DNA of 48,812 bases from Candidatus Altiarchaeota archaeon. GTDB lineage: Archaea > Altiarchaeota > Altiarchaeia > IMC4 > QMZM01. Shown one piece after another: positions 46,102 to 48,812 of this stretch; within the stretch, counting starts at the first letter, position 1, and the number at the start of each line of letters is the position of its first letter. A program made the position numbers and the translations under genes. Under the pieces are notes generated by a model. That model searched no databases. It was not told the DNA's origin and saw only the letters and a list, made by a program, of their open reading frames with translations. The stretch lies in NCBI GenBank assembly GCA_016931955.1, contig JAFGDV010000031.1, positions 1 to 48,812 of the forward strand. The letters are read 5' to 3'.

Positions 46102-47810
46102 CCGATGTAGTAGTATTCTCCGCTCTTCTTTTGTTCTCTATCCTTAACTGAGCCTTCCTTGTTGGCTCTTGGTCTGCCCGTTTCCGGATCGCGTCTGAAT
46201 GTGACGTTCATCTTTTTCAGGAATTGGTTCATCCCTGCCCTCGGGCTAAGGGGCTCTGAAGCCTTTCCGTTAACGCCGGAAACGCCTTCGAAGACCATCA
46301 ATTCATCTGATAGGTAGTCAATCAATAGGATGTCGTGTTCCACTATGAGGACTGAGACCTCGTTGTCTATTGCGAACTTCTTCAGGTATTTACCGAGGGC
46401 CAGCCTCTCTTCGACGTCCAAGTAGGCTGAAGGCTCATCCAGGAGGTATAGGTCTGCTTCCCTTGAAAGACAGTCAACGATAGCCACCTTCTGGAGTTCG
46501 CCGCCGCTTAGCTCATCAACTTTCCTATCAATCATGTGCGTCAGATTGAATCTCTGAACCAGCTCAGGCTTCAGTTTCAACGAGTTCACGGTTACGGGCT
46601 GAGGTCTAATGTACTGCGGCTTATAGGATATCTTCGCCTTCAACCCTACGTCCAAGTTATCCGCTTCTATGTCGCCTGCCAGCATCCTGACGAAGGTCGT
46701 CTTACCTGTGGCGTTAGGCCCCAGTATTCCGAGGATTTCAGGAGCATATAACACACCTGAGTTAATGGACAGCCTGAATCCGTCGTATTCCTTCACCAAA
46801 TCGGGGTAGGATAGTATCTCGTTTAGTTCCTTTTTCTCACTCGGCGGCCTTACCTCAAACCGGATTTCGTCCCTGAATCTGGTGTTCTCCGATCTAAGAA
46901 ATCCGTCAAGGTACTCGTTTATGCCGACTCGGACGCTTTTTATGTTCGATATTATCCCATATGCGCCGGGTTTCCCGTAGATTACGTGCACGTAGTCTGA
47001 CAGGTAATCTAAGACTATCAGGTCATGTTCTACCACGAAAACGTATCTGTCCTTTATTCCTCTGACGGCTTTTGCAACATTCAACCTCTCCCTGACGTCT
47101 AGGTAGCTCGAAGGCTCATCTAGGAGATAGATGCTAGCATCCTTTGTAAGGCATGCTGCTATCGCAAACCTCTGCAGTTCGCCGCCGCTTAACTCGTTAA
47201 CTTCCTTGCCTAAGGCGTTCCTCAGGTTCAGTGTTTCTATGATCTCCTCTAAGTTGCCTAATTCATCACCCTTTTCTAATACACCCCGAACAACGCCTCC
47301 AACGTGTTTAGGAATCGAGTCAACATATTGTGGCTTGTAGACTGCCCTGACCTCCTTGTTCCTCAGCTTCTCCACATAGGATTGTACCTCTTTCCCGCGG
47401 AAGCGCTCGATTATTTCCTCCCAGCCTGCCTCAGCCCCCAGATTCGGCTTCAGTTCGCCTGAGAGGATCTTCATGACTGTGGTCTTACCTATGCCGTTGG
47501 CTCCGACGATGCCAACGACGCCCTCCCGCGGAGTCGGCAGATTATAGAGCCTGAAACCGTTCACACCATACTGGTGTACTGGTCGACCGACTTCTTCTGG
47601 GAGATTGATTATGGTTATAGCACCGAATGGGCATTTTTTCACGCATATGCCGCATCCAGAACACAAGTCCTCAGCGATTACAGGCTTATTCGTTTCCTCG
47701 TCCACTACTATGGTCTCATCGCCGGTCTTAACCCTCGGACATATCCTCACACAGAGGAAGTTGCATTCCTTCGGCTTACAGCGGTCCTTGTTTAAGACTG
47801 CGATCCTCAT
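46098..47810 (-). CDS. rli: Ribosome recycling ATPase ABCE1/RLI
   Basis: Fe-S domain (CKPKECNFLC..CP, CSGCGICVKKCPF), two ABC cassettes (LSGGELQ twice), C-term GRPRANK..DREQK.SGEYYY. Confidence 0.97.
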   Translation of the reverse strand: MRIAVLNKDRCKPKECNFLCVRICPRVKTGDETIVVDEETNKPVIAEDLCSGCGICVKKCPFGAITIINLPEEVGRPVHQYGVNGFRLYNLPTPREGVVGIVGANGIGKTTVMKILSGELKPNLGAEAGWEEIIERFRGKEVQSYVEKLRNKEVRAVYKPQYVDSIPKHVGGVVRGVLEKGDELGNLEEIIETLNLRNALGKEVNELSGGELQRFAIAACLTKDASIYLLDEPSSYLDVRERLNVAKAVRGIKDRYVFVVEHDLIVLDYLSDYVHVIYGKPGAYGIISNIKSVRVGINEYLDGFLRSENTRFRDEIRFEVRPPSEKKELNEILSYPDLVKEYDGFRLSINSGVLYAPEILGILGPNATGKTTFVRMLAGDIEADNLDVGLKAKISYKPQYIRPQPVTVNSLKLKPELVQRFNLTHMIDRKVDELSGGELQKVAIVDCLSREADLYLLDEPSAYLDVEERLALGKYLKKFAIDNEVSVLIVEHDILLIDYLSDELMVFEGVSGVNGKASEPLSPRAGMNQFLKKMNVTFRRDPETGRPRANKEGSVKDREQKKSGEYYYIG

Positions 47811-47811
47811 C

Positions 47812-48441
47812 TCATCCAAAGAACATATTATATGCTTTCTCTATATCGTCCCCCGAACCTATGGAGCCATGACCAGGATAAAGCACATCTATCCCCTCCC
47901 TCCTATGCAAGTCCAAGATCCTTAGAAGCGACTTCTCCAATTCACTCATACTCCCGCCGGAGAGATCGACCCTCCCTATTCCGTCGGCGAAGACCGTATC
48001 CCCAGAAAACAGTGACTTGGATTCTGGCTCATACAGGCAGATGCCTTCTATTGTATGCCCAGGGGTATGCATAATCTCCAACGTCGTTTTTCCCAGATCC
48101 ATCCTCTGTCCGTCAACAAGCCTCACATCTACCTTCATCTTAGGGGCCTCAGCAGAAAACCAATGAGCGAGAAGCCTTTCCTTGTCTCCCTTCTCCAGGA
48201 ATTCAACGCCGAGTTCGTGAACACACAACCTTGCTTTGGTTCTCTCCAAGATCCTCTTATTCCCGCCGACGTGGTCGAAGTGACAGTGCGTGTTTATCAG
48301 AAAATCGACTCCAACACCCAGTTCATCAATCCTCTGTAGGACTGGCCCCGGATTAATGCCTGAATCAATAACCGCTGTTTTCTCCCCAACAACGATATAG
48401 CAGTTGGAGTCGAAGGACTCGCTCAATACGGGATAAATCAT
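47812..48441 (-). CDS. Metallo-beta-lactamase-fold hydrolase (glyoxalase II-like)
   Basis: THCHFDHVGG, HTPGHT, FSGD, YPGHG. Confidence 0.94.
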   Translation of the reverse strand: MIYPVLSESFDSNCYIVVGEKTAVIDSGINPGPVLQRIDELGVGVDFLINTHCHFDHVGGNKRILERTKARLCVHELGVEFLEKGDKERLLAHWFSAEAPKMKVDVRLVDGQRMDLGKTTLEIMHTPGHTIEGICLYEPESKSLFSGDTVFADGIGRVDLSGGSMSELEKSLLRILDLHRREGIDVLYPGHGSIGSGDDIEKAYNMFFG

Positions 48442-48540
48442 GTTAAGGATTAAGGATTCAGGCGATTTAACTTAGCTGAATCACATAGTACTTACAGCAG
48501 CTCTTTCAGTCATAACACCATTACATCACGCCGAGGTTGA

Positions 48541-48720
48541 AGCGACATTCGTCGCTAGCCCTCGCCTTAAACCAAATACCCAACATGCCGAGGTGGCAGA
48601 GCCGTGGGCACCCTTTTCTTAGCAAGAAAAGCGTGCATCAGCAAGACAGCGTTGCTGTCTTGTCTGACTCGAGACCGAAGGTCTCGCTCACGGAAAAGAA
48701 AGATCGCCGCTTAGCGTCGA
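48541..48720. repeat. Hairpin cluster B (multi-branched structure) related to cluster A
   Basis: AGCGAC-attc-GTCGCT; closing stem CCGTGGGC/GCTCACGG enclosing CTTTTCTT-agc-AAGAAAAG, CAAGACAGC-gtt-GCTGTCTTG and GAGACC-gaa-GGTCTC; then TCGCCGC-tta-GCGTCGA. Confidence 0.85.
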
Positions 48721-48727
48721 CAGATAA

Positions 48728-48812
48728 ATCAACAACCACACCCTAAAGGGTGTGGTATGAACTTACAAAGTCGGCAAGTATGAGGCATTCATCTGCGACT
48801 TCAAAGTCGCAG
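48728..48812 (+). mobile_element. Probable miniature non-autonomous IS200/IS605-type element (PATE-like), right boundary at or beyond the window edge
   Basis: ATCAACAACCACACCCTAAAGGGTGTGGTATG left-end-like palindrome and CATTCATCTGCGACTTCAAAGTCGCAG right-end-like palindrome under 40 bp apart, no ORF between. Confidence 0.6.

Noticed and set aside
46490-47200. Repeated DNA gttcgccgccgctta and gaaggctcatc inside rli
   Set aside because: Explained by the two homologous ABC cassettes (LSGGEL, DEPS)
48587-48720. Complete tRNA gene
   Set aside because: Only a 5'-like fragment; no TTCRA T-loop or complementary acceptor strand in the window
48537-48746. 69-aa ORF across the hairpin cluster
   Set aside because: TTG start, runs through palindromic repeats, no protein-like features

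Overview
Compact archaeal chromosomal segment (eS1, uS15, eL31, aIF6, Cdc48, Hef, Pcc1, ABCE1, RibL, Trm5, TruD). Its lineage cannot be fixed from this window; an Altiarchaeota-like or other uncultured euryarchaeal/DPANN-related group is plausible. About 45 tightly packed CDSs are mostly housekeeping: aromatic and His biosynthesis, tRNA modification, DNA repair, transport. No rRNA, CRISPR array or complete tRNA was seen. All functional calls are by-eye motif recognition, not database searches. The most unusual signal is recurring duplicated, diverged gene termini. Gene starts are duplicated with hairpin-rich DNA between the copies (DUF1667 gene, hisA, possibly a tRNA-like 5' end). Gene ends are duplicated around inserted cargo genes (a toxin-antitoxin pair after trm5, a DUF488 gene after DUF763). 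Two hairpin clusters 20 kb apart share sequence, and one abuts an IS200/IS605-type miniature element. Other notable items: an SPFH / HxsD-like / degenerate-Mrr-PAP2 operon, an apparent RaSEA-ArcS archaeosine fusion, a truncated modular protein with repeated AAMP linkers, an RNase HIII-type enzyme, a candidate uS15 leader and a frameshifted cation/H+ antiporter.
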